NCBI GenBank assembly: GCA_013336275.1
Contig: JAAXUA010000003.1
Location: 2,698 to 66,697, forward strand
Direction of reading: 5' to 3'
DNA: 64,000 nucleotides
Source: Candidatus Falkowbacteria bacterium
GTDB taxonomy: Bacteria > Patescibacteriota > Patescibacteriia > Patescibacteriales > GWE2-39-37
This document shows positions 43,895 to 53,797 of this stretch, one piece after another. Under the pieces are notes generated by a model. The model was not told the DNA's origin. It saw only the letters and a list, made by a program, of their open reading frames with translations, and ran no database searches. A program made the translations under genes and the position numbers. Position 1 is the stretch's first letter. The number at the start of each line of letters is the position of its first letter.

Positions 43895-43937
43895 AATAAA
43901 ACCACTCTTTACGGAGTGGTTTTATTATTATATCTAT

Positions 43938-46900
43938 CTATTTTTCCAGATCGACTAACAACTGTCTTATAACCGAGAAGTGCTTGATACAAATCTTACT
44001 GCCGACAGTTAGATTTTGGCACTCTGCTGGCAATGGCTGCCCCTTCTCGTCTTTGTTCCAAAATGCCGGCCAGTCAGTGACCCTATACTTCAAGTTAGTC
44101 GGGTCAGAGGCAAATGACTTATACATCTCCATAATCGCTTCTCGCAACTCCAGGACATGGGTAGCCCTGATTCTAGTATTAGGAGTCATGGGATTGAGGC
44201 CTTGGCCGACGATTTGCGTGTCGGTATCACCGCTGGCATTTGAGTTGTGGAAGGAAAAATAACCGACGCTTGAACCCATGTTTGCACGACAAACATTGAT
44301 GCGCTGTCTTATCTCGTTGACCATGGACGCACTAAGAGCCTGGCCGGGGGTGGAGGTCGGATTGGCAAAACTGATATTCAGGCAAGCGGCACGCCAGATA
44401 ACCGTATCATTCTTGTACATCCAGATAGTGGTACCCTTAGGACGGACCCTGATGAATCTTTGGTACTTACCATCAACGCTAGTCAAGCCGGTCAGGTGTA
44501 TGGAGCAGTTGCCGCTTGTGCAGACCGCCTCAGCTGGACTCGAGTCGACCCAACCGCTGGTTGGCGCCGGACTGTCGCTTTGCTGGATTTCATATAATGT
44601 CGGCCCAGACTTCGTATAGTTATATTCAATTGTCAGGTAAGCCTCCCACTCATTGAAGTTACCGTCAGAATCGCCATAGTCGACTTTCAGGGTTACCATC
44701 GAAGGAAAGTCTTTGAGACCGGTGATTTTATTTGACTCAACGTAAGTTGTTGAAGCGATGGTCAGGGGCGATGTTCCGGAGTTGTTCCAATCTACCCAAT
44801 TATCAACCCAGTCGATGGTCTGATATTTTGGCGGAGGGGCAACGGTAAGATACTGGTTGACCACATTAGCCCTCAAATAAGTATCAGCTCCGCCCGATCT
44901 GTCGATAAAATAATAATCCAAGCTGTTTGGGTATTCTAATTCCCCATTGTTGTCTCCCAGCGATAAATTGCTCGGAGTGATATATTTATCATCAGCAATC
45001 AGGATACCTGTTGGTTGCCAATTACTCTGGTCATGGCTCATTTGGATCTGGTTCCAGTGGACTCTTGGTATCGGATTTGTCCAGCCATCATCGTCGGTGT
45101 ATAACCAATGATCCCAACGGCGATCGGTGACCTGATAACCATTGGGCAAAGTATCATATGAATTAATCATACGGTAAAGCGGGGGCAATGACGCTTGGTA
45201 AGTGTAATCCATTTTTAGCTTAACTAAGTTACTGCCGATGTCATCGCTCAAGACATCAACCGCATCTGGCGGGTTTATCTCCCCCGACAATGACGGCAGT
45301 GTCGTAACTTGGCCCATGGGGTAAATTTCATCGACAAGCATGGAATAGGGAGTATATCCTTCGCCATAAACGCTTAATGCCACATCATATGTTTCATTTG
45401 GCGCCAAATTTTCGGTTGGGATACTGTAGCATTCACGACTCTTAGTGCACTTGCCAGAGGCATACAACGAAGAGTCCTCATAGCGATGATCCCAGGATGT
45501 AGCAAACCAGCCACCCCACTCCCAGGTTGAATCTGCTGGTTTTTTATACCTTACATCAAAATATAATACTGGGTAATTAATGCTATACGAAGCTTCCGAC
45601 TTATAGCGGTTAATCCAAGCGATTAGGTCTGGCGCAAAGCGGACATGCAAGTCGAAGCAGCCGGAACCGAAACAGGCACGCGGCACGATAATCGGTTCGG
45701 TCGGCATGCCGGCTACCCTATATTTTAAAGCTTCAATTGGGGAGGATGTCGCCCAGTTGCTATTGATCGCTGGGGTGGCGGCATAAACCCGAACCCGATA
45801 AGCATAAGTCGATGAGGGGGTCAGGTTGCTGTATGACTGGACATAGCATGTGTTGGGGGTCGCGCATCCGGGGGGCGAGGTCGTTGCGCCGCTCGTGCTT
45901 GTGTAGGTATTTTCAAGGGTCCAAGCCCCTCCATTAACTTGTCTTTCGATACGATATCCGTATAACCCGTCCCATCCGCCGGTGTATTTGAAGGCTACAT
46001 TTACCTTGCTCTTGGTATATGTCGATGTTGCCGTCAATATTGGAGTTGTCGGATCCGGTGTCGGCACCAGCGCCGGGGCCATGATCGGAGTCGAGGTTAC
46101 CCAGGCCGGGTCAGAACTACAAAAATTACCGTTACTCGTGCAAAGCCTGACTAAATAACGATAAGTACTGGAAGGAATTATGGGGTTTGTTGAGGTATTG
46201 GCATGGCCCACCTGATAACATCTGTTAGCAATATTGCAAGTAGCGCCATTAAACGGCGGGCTAGTACTTTCAACCTCGCTATTATTGAGTGACGTGTTCT
46301 GGGTGCTTGTTCCATTATAGGCCCAGCCGGAATTGGCCCAATTCCAGCCGCTGCCGTTCCAGGTTCCACGTTGCTCCACTATTTCATAGCGATTAAAGCC
46401 GTTCCAATTGTTCGGCTGATTGAAGTTGATCTTCACCTGTGAAATCGAGTGATTGGACGAGGTACTGAAGACTATCGGACTTGCAATATTAGGGATAGAG
46501 CCGGAGCCTGCCTTAATATAGCCATCCCACTGATTATTAAGCTTGCCTATCGGTATTACGCGGAAATACCAGTCAAAACCAGGGTCCAGTCCATAAACAT
46601 AGAGGTGGCAAGCCAGAGGCGTGGTACACTGGACATCGTCCTGTCTGACCGTGCTCCAGCCCGGGTCTGATGCGTCTTGGACGGTGTTCCACTGGACGTA
46701 AAACGCTGTCGGCCCGGAGTTGGCAAAGTCAAAAAGGAAACTGACATCGTAATTAGTGACATCATAGCGGTTGACCTGGACGTTGTTGGCGTCAGGCAAG
46801 GGATTCATATTTATCTGATTGCTCTGAGTGTACGCACTGTCTTGGCCGACCACATATTTGTTTACGGATTTTGCCTGGAAAAAATAGGAGTGATTCGGAT

Positions 46901-48908
46901 CGACATAAAAATAAGTCAGAGGCGTCGAAGTCGGAGAAATTTCGGCCGGTTGATCGCCGATTGTCTGGTTGGCATTGCTTATATACGTGCCGCTAGCCGC
47001 CTGGACGTAGCTTGCACCCGACATAAACGGGCTCCAGATCGGCGTCGAGGTTGTACGATACTGTATCTGATCGATACTGGAAAAACGGTTAATCTCATAG
47101 CCGGTCAAGGTGCTATAACCGGGAATGGTCTTAACCAACGCCAAGAATGTCGGGTCATAAACATAATCCAAGGCCAAGGCGATAAGATTAGAGCCAAGCA
47201 CCTGCGGCCTCACCGCCAATGGCGCATTCAGGGTAATCGGCAGTAAAGCAGCTGCAGTCACTTGAGCAGATTCTATCCACTCGCTGTAAGCGTTGTTGTA
47301 AGGCGATGAACCGAGATAGGCCAAACGGACGCGGAAGACGTAGTTATTGCCTGGGGTTATCCTGTAATTAATACTTGAAGCATTGGCACTGAAAGTTGTC
47401 GGGATAAAACAGCGATAATTGCCTGTGCAGTTGCCAGCCCCGAAGAAAGTATCTCCCGCTGCGTTGCCTGTTGTCGAGGCAATGACAGGTATCTCAGTTC
47501 TCGGAGTGCCGTTCTCCACCACCTGAAGCTGGTAGTGGGTTACTGGCAGGCTCGTGAGCGCTACGTCGCTACGAAAATGGACCCTGATCGTACTATCAGC
47601 AGGCGTAGACGTCGGCGCTTCAGTGCCGATGGCCGTGGCTTTCGGGACGGCAAGATAATTTGCGGCCATCAACGCCGATGAAGTGGCCCAGGCGTCAGCG
47701 CAGCGGGACTGTCCGTCATCCACAACACAGGGTCGGACAAGATATTGATAGGTGACTCCTGGTACGACCAGGTCGTCAATGCTATAGCACTGGTAAAGGC
47801 TAGGACAAGAGAAGAACGGAGAAGAAAAAGTGTCGTATTCATCGATGCCGAAAGACTGGACTCCCAAAGACACGCCATCCACGATTTTTTCGCCTTCATA
47901 ATAATCGAAGCCGGGATTGCCATCATTGGAATACGAATCTAACGGTGCGGGAGCATGGAAATAAAGCCTCATCGAAGAAGAGGCATGGGTCGACGTTGCG
48001 ACCATATTGAAGGCATCGAAGGTGGGTATATCAACCAAGCTTGCGGAAGTGCTAGACGCCTTGCCACCGTCCTGAGGAGCGATTACCGGGTCTGATGGCG
48101 ATGCCCGATAAGCTAGCCTGATCCGATATTGATAAACGACATTCGGCTCGACAGCACTAGGATCATCCAAGGAAAAACACACTCGTCCTGACTGGCACTC
48201 ACCGTCAGGAAACATTATTTGATTAGGGTGGCCCAACGTCACCCGGTTGTCATCGTAGGTATAAAAAGTTGCGCCCTCAACCCAGGTCGGCTCGCCTAAT
48301 ATTTTTCTGTCTATAATATAACCGTTAACGCCCGTCCAAGCATCTAAAAACTTGAAACTGACATTATTATAAGCATGGACCATATTCGCCGACGAGGCGA
48401 TGTATATATTATCGTCATCGACTGTCGGCTTAGTTGATTGGGGCGGAAAACCCGATCCAGGAACGATCGCATTTTCCAGGGTCGGAGCCGTAGTAGTTAC
48501 GCCGCTATCATTGACCACCCAAGCGGTATACCTATATTTCCTGATCGGATCAAGCTTGACCGGCAAAGTGCTGGTGCCGAACTCATGCGGAATATTCGAA
48601 TCGATAGAATCGACCCAGCTGCCGAAACCTCCGTTATCCAATGCCACGGGCGTCGAAGACGCATCGTCGATCACTTGCAGATACATCCTGACTTGATTGC
48701 CCGCGCCAGGCTCATTCGCATAAACAGAGAAGTTTACCGTAACCGTGCCGTCGCCGTTGGACACGAAATAATCCCCCTCCATCGGGCTCAGCCACTCTGG
48801 CGCATCATACAATGCCAAACCGGACTTGATATTAAAAAATATCAAGAAACCAGCGGCAATCAATAAGGCTGTTGCCAAATACGATAGGGGTGCTTTTGGC
48901 CTTCGCAT
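43938..48908 (-). CDS. giant membrane-anchored surface protein (about 1656 aa) built of Cys-bridged FN3/Ig-like modules
   Basis: The start is set at MRRPKAP (ATG 48908, 7 nt after the upstream stop). TM anchor LSYLATALLIAAGFLIFF. Eight repeats of the motif C-x5-7-C-[YFH]...Y-x-[YF]-x-[VI]-R. Confidence 0.8.
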   Translation of the reverse strand: MRRPKAPLSYLATALLIAAGFLIFFNIKSGLALYDAPEWLSPMEGDYFVSNGDGTVTVNFSVYANEPGAGNQVRMYLQVIDDASSTPVALDNGGFGSWVDSIDSNIPHEFGTSTLPVKLDPIRKYRYTAWVVNDSGVTTTAPTLENAIVPGSGFPPQSTKPTVDDDNIYIASSANMVHAYNNVSFKFLDAWTGVNGYIIDRKILGEPTWVEGATFYTYDDNRVTLGHPNQIMFPDGECQSGRVCFSLDDPSAVEPNVVYQYRIRLAYRASPSDPVIAPQDGGKASSTSASLVDIPTFDAFNMVATSTHASSSMRLYFHAPAPLDSYSNDGNPGFDYYEGEKIVDGVSLGVQSFGIDEYDTFSSPFFSCPSLYQCYSIDDLVVPGVTYQYLVRPCVVDDGQSRCADAWATSSALMAANYLAVPKATAIGTEAPTSTPADSTIRVHFRSDVALTSLPVTHYQLQVVENGTPRTEIPVIASTTGNAAGDTFFGAGNCTGNYRCFIPTTFSANASSINYRITPGNNYVFRVRLAYLGSSPYNNAYSEWIESAQVTAAALLPITLNAPLAVRPQVLGSNLIALALDYVYDPTFLALVKTIPGYSTLTGYEINRFSSIDQIQYRTTSTPIWSPFMSGASYVQAASGTYISNANQTIGDQPAEISPTSTPLTYFYVDPNHSYFFQAKSVNKYVVGQDSAYTQSNQINMNPLPDANNVQVNRYDVTNYDVSFLFDFANSGPTAFYVQWNTVQDASDPGWSTVRQDDVQCTTPLACHLYVYGLDPGFDWYFRVIPIGKLNNQWDGYIKAGSGSIPNIASPIVFSTSSNHSISQVKINFNQPNNWNGFNRYEIVEQRGTWNGSGWNWANSGWAYNGTSTQNTSLNNSEVESTSPPFNGATCNIANRCYQVGHANTSTNPIIPSSTYRYLVRLCTSNGNFCSSDPAWVTSTPIMAPALVPTPDPTTPILTATSTYTKSKVNVAFKYTGGWDGLYGYRIERQVNGGAWTLENTYTSTSGATTSPPGCATPNTCYVQSYSNLTPSSTYAYRVRVYAATPAINSNWATSSPIEALKYRVAGMPTEPIIVPRACFGSGCFDLHVRFAPDLIAWINRYKSEASYSINYPVLYFDVRYKKPADSTWEWGGWFATSWDHRYEDSSLYASGKCTKSRECYSIPTENLAPNETYDVALSVYGEGYTPYSMLVDEIYPMGQVTTLPSLSGEINPPDAVDVLSDDIGSNLVKLKMDYTYQASLPPLYRMINSYDTLPNGYQVTDRRWDHWLYTDDDGWTNPIPRVHWNQIQMSHDQSNWQPTGILIADDKYITPSNLSLGDNNGELEYPNSLDYYFIDRSGGADTYLRANVVNQYLTVAPPPKYQTIDWVDNWVDWNNSGTSPLTIASTTYVESNKITGLKDFPSMVTLKVDYGDSDGNFNEWEAYLTIEYNYTKSGPTLYEIQQSDSPAPTSGWVDSSPAEAVCTSGNCSIHLTGLTSVDGKYQRFIRVRPKGTTIWMYKNDTVIWRAACLNISFANPTSTPGQALSASMVNEIRQRINVCRANMGSSVGYFSFHNSNASGDTDTQIVGQGLNPMTPNTRIRATHVLELREAIMEMYKSFASDPTNLKYRVTDWPAFWNKDEKGQPLPAECQNLTVGSKICIKHFSVIRQLLVDLEK

Positions 48909-48915
48909 ATCCGAA

Positions 48916-49503
48916 TTATTTCGAAAAATCCTTAATACACTTGAGACTGAATGGGCGATCCTTAATCCTGCCGCAATACGTCTTAGCGTTTGCTGGATCG
49001 TTTTTAGCCTTATAATAGTAAATTTCCGAGGTGCAAGAAATGGCCGATTGCGCACTAGACAGCTGGAAGCAATAATTTTCATCGACGTTTTCTATCGCCA
49101 GCCGGCGCAGGATGCCGTCAATGCAAATCTGCTGTTTTCGCATATCGTCTATGAGGGTGCAGACCCTGACATCCTTGTCTGACATCGCCCTATTCATATA
49201 ATAAGCCAAGCTGCCGCCTGTACAAATCTGCTGCTCTTCCTTGGTGAGTTCGCTCTTTTCGCAGGTAGTTTTCTCATCGGCCCTGACCTTGTCTGCCTCT
49301 TCTTTGCTCAAAGTCGTTATTTCATACTTGGTCGTAGTAGCCTGTTCTGATGCAACCGGCTTAGAACCCGCCTTGTTTTCAGGAAGTTTGACCTGTTTGA
49401 TGGCAAGATCCTTAGACAGGAGGACAAAAATAATAGCAACGCAAATAATCAAGCCTAACGCCAATGCGGCAATAATAAGCTTGGTGGAGTTTTTTTCTTC
49501 CAT
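48916..49503 (-). CDS. membrane-anchored Cys-repeat protein
   Basis: N-terminal TM helix LIIAALALGLIICVAIIFVLL, then paired-Cys units (VCTLIDDMRKQQIC, YCFQLSSAQSAISC, YCGRIKDRPFSLKC). Confidence 0.6.
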   Translation of the reverse strand: MEEKNSTKLIIAALALGLIICVAIIFVLLSKDLAIKQVKLPENKAGSKPVASEQATTTKYEITTLSKEEADKVRADEKTTCEKSELTKEEQQICTGGSLAYYMNRAMSDKDVRVCTLIDDMRKQQICIDGILRRLAIENVDENYCFQLSSAQSAISCTSEIYYYKAKNDPANAKTYCGRIKDRPFSLKCIKDFSK

Positions 49504-49521
49504 ATTGATTTGTTATTTATA

Positions 49522-50001
49522 TTATGGACCGTAGGTTAAGCCATTTGAGCAGCCGACTCCTGTTGGCGAGGTGCTGGAAGCGATAAGAATCTCGTCCGGA
49601 TTGCAATTTATCAGCTTGGTGCCGTTGGAGTAGATGATTCCGCTCTCATCAACGGCAAAGACCTGGCTATTGCTGCCATTATTCACTTGAAAAGTCGCGT
49701 TATCCGGGTTAACCGCCTGGTCGCTATCGATCCTCACCTGCGCACCCTTTGACGTATCGACATAAAAATGATTTTGGGCGGTATCAGAATATAGTCTGTC
49801 CAAACCAAGACCGCCAGCGACTCCGGGCTTATACTGGGCGTTTACGCTGGTGTTAACTGGAGCTTCGACATTATTGCCTGGCGGATTGGCCGTTGGCGCA
49901 TCCCAGGCGGCCAAAATAGATTGCCAAGATAAAAACAAGCTTAGCGAGAGCACTACGCCCATAACTAAGCCCAAAGGAAATAACATTTTTTTTGAGTCCA
50001 T
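49522..50001 (-). CDS. small secreted/anchored protein with AWDAPTANPPGNNVEAPVN motif
   Basis: N-terminal hydrophobic segment LFPLGLVMGVVLSLSLFL. First gene of the three-gene minus-strand unit. Confidence 0.6.
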   Translation of the reverse strand: MDSKKMLFPLGLVMGVVLSLSLFLSWQSILAAWDAPTANPPGNNVEAPVNTSVNAQYKPGVAGGLGLDRLYSDTAQNHFYVDTSKGAQVRIDSDQAVNPDNATFQVNNGSNSQVFAVDESGIIYSNGTKLINCNPDEILIASSTSPTGVGCSNGLTYGP

Positions 50002-50004
50002 ACT

Positions 50005-50065
50005 ATTTGTTTGGCAAACTTATTAACTTTGTTTATTATAACATTTTTCACTGTGCCAAACAAAT
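50005..50065. promoter_or_regulatory. 12-bp perfect inverted repeat bracketing the operon promoter
   Basis: ATTTGTTTGGCA (50005-50016) and TGCCAAACAAAT (50054-50065). The minus-strand promoter TTGTTT-17-TGTTATAAT lies between and overlaps the distal arm. Confidence 0.55.
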
Positions 50066-50073
50066 AACCGCCC

Positions 50074-50772
50074 CTATTTTTTTCTCAGAACCGCGTAGTA
50101 ATTCTTTTTATCAGAAATAAATTCCTCTATTTCCGCATTTTCGATAATCATAGCCTTCCTGAAGCCCCGTTCGGTATATGCGTGATAATAGCGTGGACAT
50201 TTTTGGTTAAAACCGTTGAAAACGACATCACCGAAATCTAATCCATTCAGACCCAGCAGCTTCAATAGGAAATTTTTTACAACAAGTTTCCTAAACAATG
50301 GTGCCTGCCACATTGACCAAGCCGAAATGACAACTCTGCCGCCTGGCTTGACCTGCTCAAGCAATAACCTTAACGCTTGGCGTCGCATATCCTTTCCGGG
50401 CAGATGGTGTATTACCGCTATGCAGAACACTTCATCGAACAGCCCCAGGTCAAGTCGATTCAAATCAATAATATCACCAGAAAGCAGCTTCTGCCCTGGG
50501 AGCTGCCAGGAAGCATTATTTTTGGCTAAAAAAAGCAAATTATTACTTGGCTCGATGCCTACATATTCTACATTTCTACCCAGCCAAGCCTGGCGCAAGC
50601 GCCCGTTACCGCAACCGACATCCAGAACTTTGGCGCCAGTAGGGGTTTTTGATGCGATAGCTGCTAATGTCGGCCAAAGCTTCCGTTGGCGCGTCTGATC
50701 AAAGTCATCAGCGATATTTTCATAATTCTGTCTTACCAGGTCTAGTAATTCAGACTCTTTCTGCTTGTTCAT
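50074..50772 (-). CDS. class I SAM-dependent methyltransferase
   Basis: VLDVGCGNGRL motif I. 4-nt overlap with recQ. Confidence 0.75.
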   Translation of the reverse strand: MNKQKESELLDLVRQNYENIADDFDQTRQRKLWPTLAAIASKTPTGAKVLDVGCGNGRLRQAWLGRNVEYVGIEPSNNLLFLAKNNASWQLPGQKLLSGDIIDLNRLDLGLFDEVFCIAVIHHLPGKDMRRQALRLLLEQVKPGGRVVISAWSMWQAPLFRKLVVKNFLLKLLGLNGLDFGDVVFNGFNQKCPRYYHAYTERGFRKAMIIENAEIEEFISDKKNYYAVLRKK

Positions 50773-52862
50773 TTTTTTGACTTGAGTGACGATAAAACCA
50801 GCTTGATATCATTCCAGCTGAAGTTCTCTCCCAGTTTTTCTTTTATCAACCCCAACTTCGAACCTCCGACAGATTCCACCGCTTCCATGATGAGGCGGCG
50901 GCTATCTTCCGAAACGAAATCACCGACATTTACCTTCATGCCTTTTTCCAACAAAAAACAGAAATGATCAACAATCGTCGCCGGTTTCAAATTTCTTGTT
51001 TGAGCGATTTCATCTAAGCCCAGACCCTTCTGATAAAGCTCCAGCGTTTCGAGCTGGGTCAGTTTAGTGCCCAAACTGGGGCTCGATGCCTCATGCTTGT
51101 CCGTAGCATCGCTGAAAGGCTGGAAGTCCGGCTCTTCGGGCAATTCATCACTTTGGCTGTTGACGCAATTGTCACACTTACCGCAGCGTAAAGTCCCCTG
51201 GCTGCCGAAATAGTCCAAAATATAATGTTGGCGGCAGCCCAGGTGATAGACATAATCTTCCATCTGATCAAGCTTCTCATAGGCGTGACTTAGTTTCACC
51301 TTGAGGGCGGTAACGTCGATATTCAAATGCTGCCGATCAAGGCGTTTCAATATGTGGATTTCCGTACCCTTGAAGGGCGGCTGATAATCCAAGCAGCCTT
51401 CGTCCTGAATCTTTTTGATCACACGCCGAAGTGACTCTTTTTTTACCCCCAACACGCCGGCCAACTCTTCCAGGTTGAAGTTGAAACCGGCATCTAGCTC
51501 ATGGCCGTGCTTGGCCAAAAGCTGATCCAAGATGACCTGGCTATTTTTTGAGCGAGGGCCAAAAACTTTTCTAGCCTCACTGGCAGGTTTGAGCAATTTC
51601 AAATAGGCGTTGGCCGACTTCTCTTGACTGCGCCTGATCAGACCCTCTCGTTCTAATATCTTAATGGCCGTACCGATCGCCATATCCGGGGCATTATCCG
51701 ACATAAGACCCATCAATTCGCTATAGGTTACCAAGACGCTATCCGAATCATAGGACAATAACACCTCATAAAGTTCGAAAATCATTTCAGGCGATGGGTT
51801 GTCGCCTTTTATAAAGAATTCCTGCAACGCTCGGTCGCGTGAATTATAAAGCATCAGGCAGAAGCTGGGCTGCCCATCGCGTCCAGCACGTCCAGCTTCC
51901 TGGTAATACGCTTCGATCGTGCCAGGCATATCATAATGAACCACAAACCTGATATCAGGCTTGTCTATGCCTAAACCGAAAGCGTTTGTCGCAACGATAA
52001 CCCTTGCCTTATTCTTCATAAAGCTTTCCTGGACCCACTTGCGCTCATTCGGTTCCATTCCGCCGTGATACATAATGGCTTCAACGCCGCTATCCAGCAA
52101 AGCTTGCATCAGCTGTTCGGCACGTGAACGGGTGCCGACATAAATTATGCCTGCTCCATCCGGGGCATTCTGCACGGCCTCCAGCACGATGCCGGGTTTT
52201 TGGCCTTCATTAGCTCGAACCACGGCGAAAGTCAGATTAGGCCGGGCAAAACCGGTAACGACTTGGCGCGGATTACTGAGAGCGAGCTGTTTTACGATGT
52301 CGTCCCGCACCTGAGGGGTGGCCGTAGCGGTCAAAGCAACGACTGGCGGGTTGCCTAAAAATTCTACCGCTTGGCGCAACCTCAAATAGCTCGGACGGAA
52401 GTCATGCCCCCAAGAACTGATACAGTGGGCCTCATCCACGGCGAACAGGCTAACCTTGATCTGCGACAAGGCGTCGATGAACTCCTTGCTATAGAAACGC
52501 TCAGGCGCGATGTATAATAGCTTGAAGCGGCCTTCTTTGATTTCAGCCAATCTGTTCGAAGTCTCATTCGCCGAGATGGATGAATTGATGAAAGTCGCGG
52601 GTATGCCGATGCGGTTAAGGTTATCGACTTGATCTTTCATCAAGGCAATAAGCGGGGAGACTACGATCGTTACCCCCTCCCAAATCAAGGCTGGCAGCTG
52701 ATAGCACAAAGATTTGCCGCCGCCAGTGGGCATGATGACCAAAGTGGATTCGCCGTCGAGCAGATTGTCTATCACCTGTTCTTGGCCGGCTCGAAAATCA
52801 TCGTAACCGTAATGGATTTTCAACAATTCGCGCAAAGCTTGTTTTTGTTCCTGTATAGTCAC
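50769..52862 (-). CDS. recQ: ATP-dependent DNA helicase RecQ
   Basis: MPTGGGKSLCYQLPA, VDEAHCISSWGHDFRPSY, the Zn-binding Cys cluster CGKCDNC and a C-terminal HTH-type extension. Confidence 0.9.
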   Translation of the reverse strand: MTIQEQKQALRELLKIHYGYDDFRAGQEQVIDNLLDGESTLVIMPTGGGKSLCYQLPALIWEGVTIVVSPLIALMKDQVDNLNRIGIPATFINSSISANETSNRLAEIKEGRFKLLYIAPERFYSKEFIDALSQIKVSLFAVDEAHCISSWGHDFRPSYLRLRQAVEFLGNPPVVALTATATPQVRDDIVKQLALSNPRQVVTGFARPNLTFAVVRANEGQKPGIVLEAVQNAPDGAGIIYVGTRSRAEQLMQALLDSGVEAIMYHGGMEPNERKWVQESFMKNKARVIVATNAFGLGIDKPDIRFVVHYDMPGTIEAYYQEAGRAGRDGQPSFCLMLYNSRDRALQEFFIKGDNPSPEMIFELYEVLLSYDSDSVLVTYSELMGLMSDNAPDMAIGTAIKILEREGLIRRSQEKSANAYLKLLKPASEARKVFGPRSKNSQVILDQLLAKHGHELDAGFNFNLEELAGVLGVKKESLRRVIKKIQDEGCLDYQPPFKGTEIHILKRLDRQHLNIDVTALKVKLSHAYEKLDQMEDYVYHLGCRQHYILDYFGSQGTLRCGKCDNCVNSQSDELPEEPDFQPFSDATDKHEASSPSLGTKLTQLETLELYQKGLGLDEIAQTRNLKPATIVDHFCFLLEKGMKVNVGDFVSEDSRRLIMEAVESVGGSKLGLIKEKLGENFSWNDIKLVLSSLKSKK

Positions 52863-52870
52863 TGATATAG

Positions 52871-53716
52871 CTAATTGCCAAGATGTCTCTTTTTATAGAG
52901 TTCTAGAGTATTTTTAAAAGCCAATGCGATGGTCATCGGACCGACGCCACCTGGCACTGGGGTGACGTACCCTGTTTTTTCTGACATCGCTTTATAGTCG
53001 ATGTCGCCGCAAACCGATCCATCTGCCGTGGGGGTGATGCCGACATCTATCAATACGGCCCCATCCTTAACCATGCCTGCAGTCACCAACTTGGGGCGCC
53101 CTATGGCGGAAATCAATAGGTCTGCCTCAATCGTGCTTTCTTTCAGATTCGTCTCAGCACCAGTAAGCAGCCTCACCTTCGCTCCACGGCACTCCAGCAC
53201 GTGCTTGATTGAGGCACCCAAAATTGGCGAGTTGACCAAGGCTAGGGCATTTTTGCCAGAAAGATTCATCTTGATGCTCTCCAAAATAGACAAAACCACC
53301 CCGATCAAAGGCGGCTCAATCTCAAGCTCGCAACTAGAAAGCAGTTTTTGCAGGCTCTTAGGATGGAAGCCATCAACATCTTTCTCCGGGTTCATCCTGG
53401 CAATAATCTTATCGGTATCAAGCCCTTCGGGCAGGGGTAGCTGGATCAAGATTCCGTCAATCGATTCATCATTATTCAGAAAATCGATTGTCGCCAGGAG
53501 GTCTCCTTCGGTGATGTTGGCGTCACACCTATATAGGTGCGTATCGATGCCGACAGATTTCGCCTGCTTTTCCTTCAACGACACGTACAATTTCGAATCT
53601 TCGCGTTCACCGACCAATATGATGGCCAGATTGGGATGCACACCCAGGGCAAGTATTTCTTTGACTAACTGGTCCTTTATCGACTCTGCCAAGGCTTTGC
53701 CGTCAATATTTTCCAT
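52871..53716 (-). CDS. folD: bifunctional methylenetetrahydrofolate dehydrogenase/cyclohydrolase
   Basis: The start is set at MENIDGKALA. The FolD pattern is present (ILVGEREDSKLYV, DGILIQLPLP, VTPVPGGVGPMT). Confidence 0.9.
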   Translation of the reverse strand: MENIDGKALAESIKDQLVKEILALGVHPNLAIILVGEREDSKLYVSLKEKQAKSVGIDTHLYRCDANITEGDLLATIDFLNNDESIDGILIQLPLPEGLDTDKIIARMNPEKDVDGFHPKSLQKLLSSCELEIEPPLIGVVLSILESIKMNLSGKNALALVNSPILGASIKHVLECRGAKVRLLTGAETNLKESTIEADLLISAIGRPKLVTAGMVKDGAVLIDVGITPTADGSVCGDIDYKAMSEKTGYVTPVPGGVGPMTIALAFKNTLELYKKRHLGN

Positions 53717-53797
53717 AAAATAACTTAAGAATAACGGAGTTATTCTGCCACAAAAAGAGCAAAAAAGCAACCGTTTGGGCGATTGCTTTCGTGATGG

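Noticed and set aside
48909-49082. N-terminal extensions offered by the ORF track. They affect the giant protein and also 18219-18302, 19787-19951, 20811-20840, 28493-28573, 29321-29407, 41308-41355, 53717-53770, 55745-55864 and 58642-58683.
   Set aside because: In each case an internal ATG with a Shine-Dalgarno sequence and/or a signal peptide or TM start removes an overlap with the upstream gene. The extension lacks an RBS.
43938-50001. A diversity-generating retroelement targeting the giant surface protein or its partners.
   Set aside because: No reverse transcriptase ORF (no YxDD-type motif in any translation) is present. I found no near-identical template/variable repeat pair by eye. 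A proper self-BLASTN of the window would be needed to exclude it fully.
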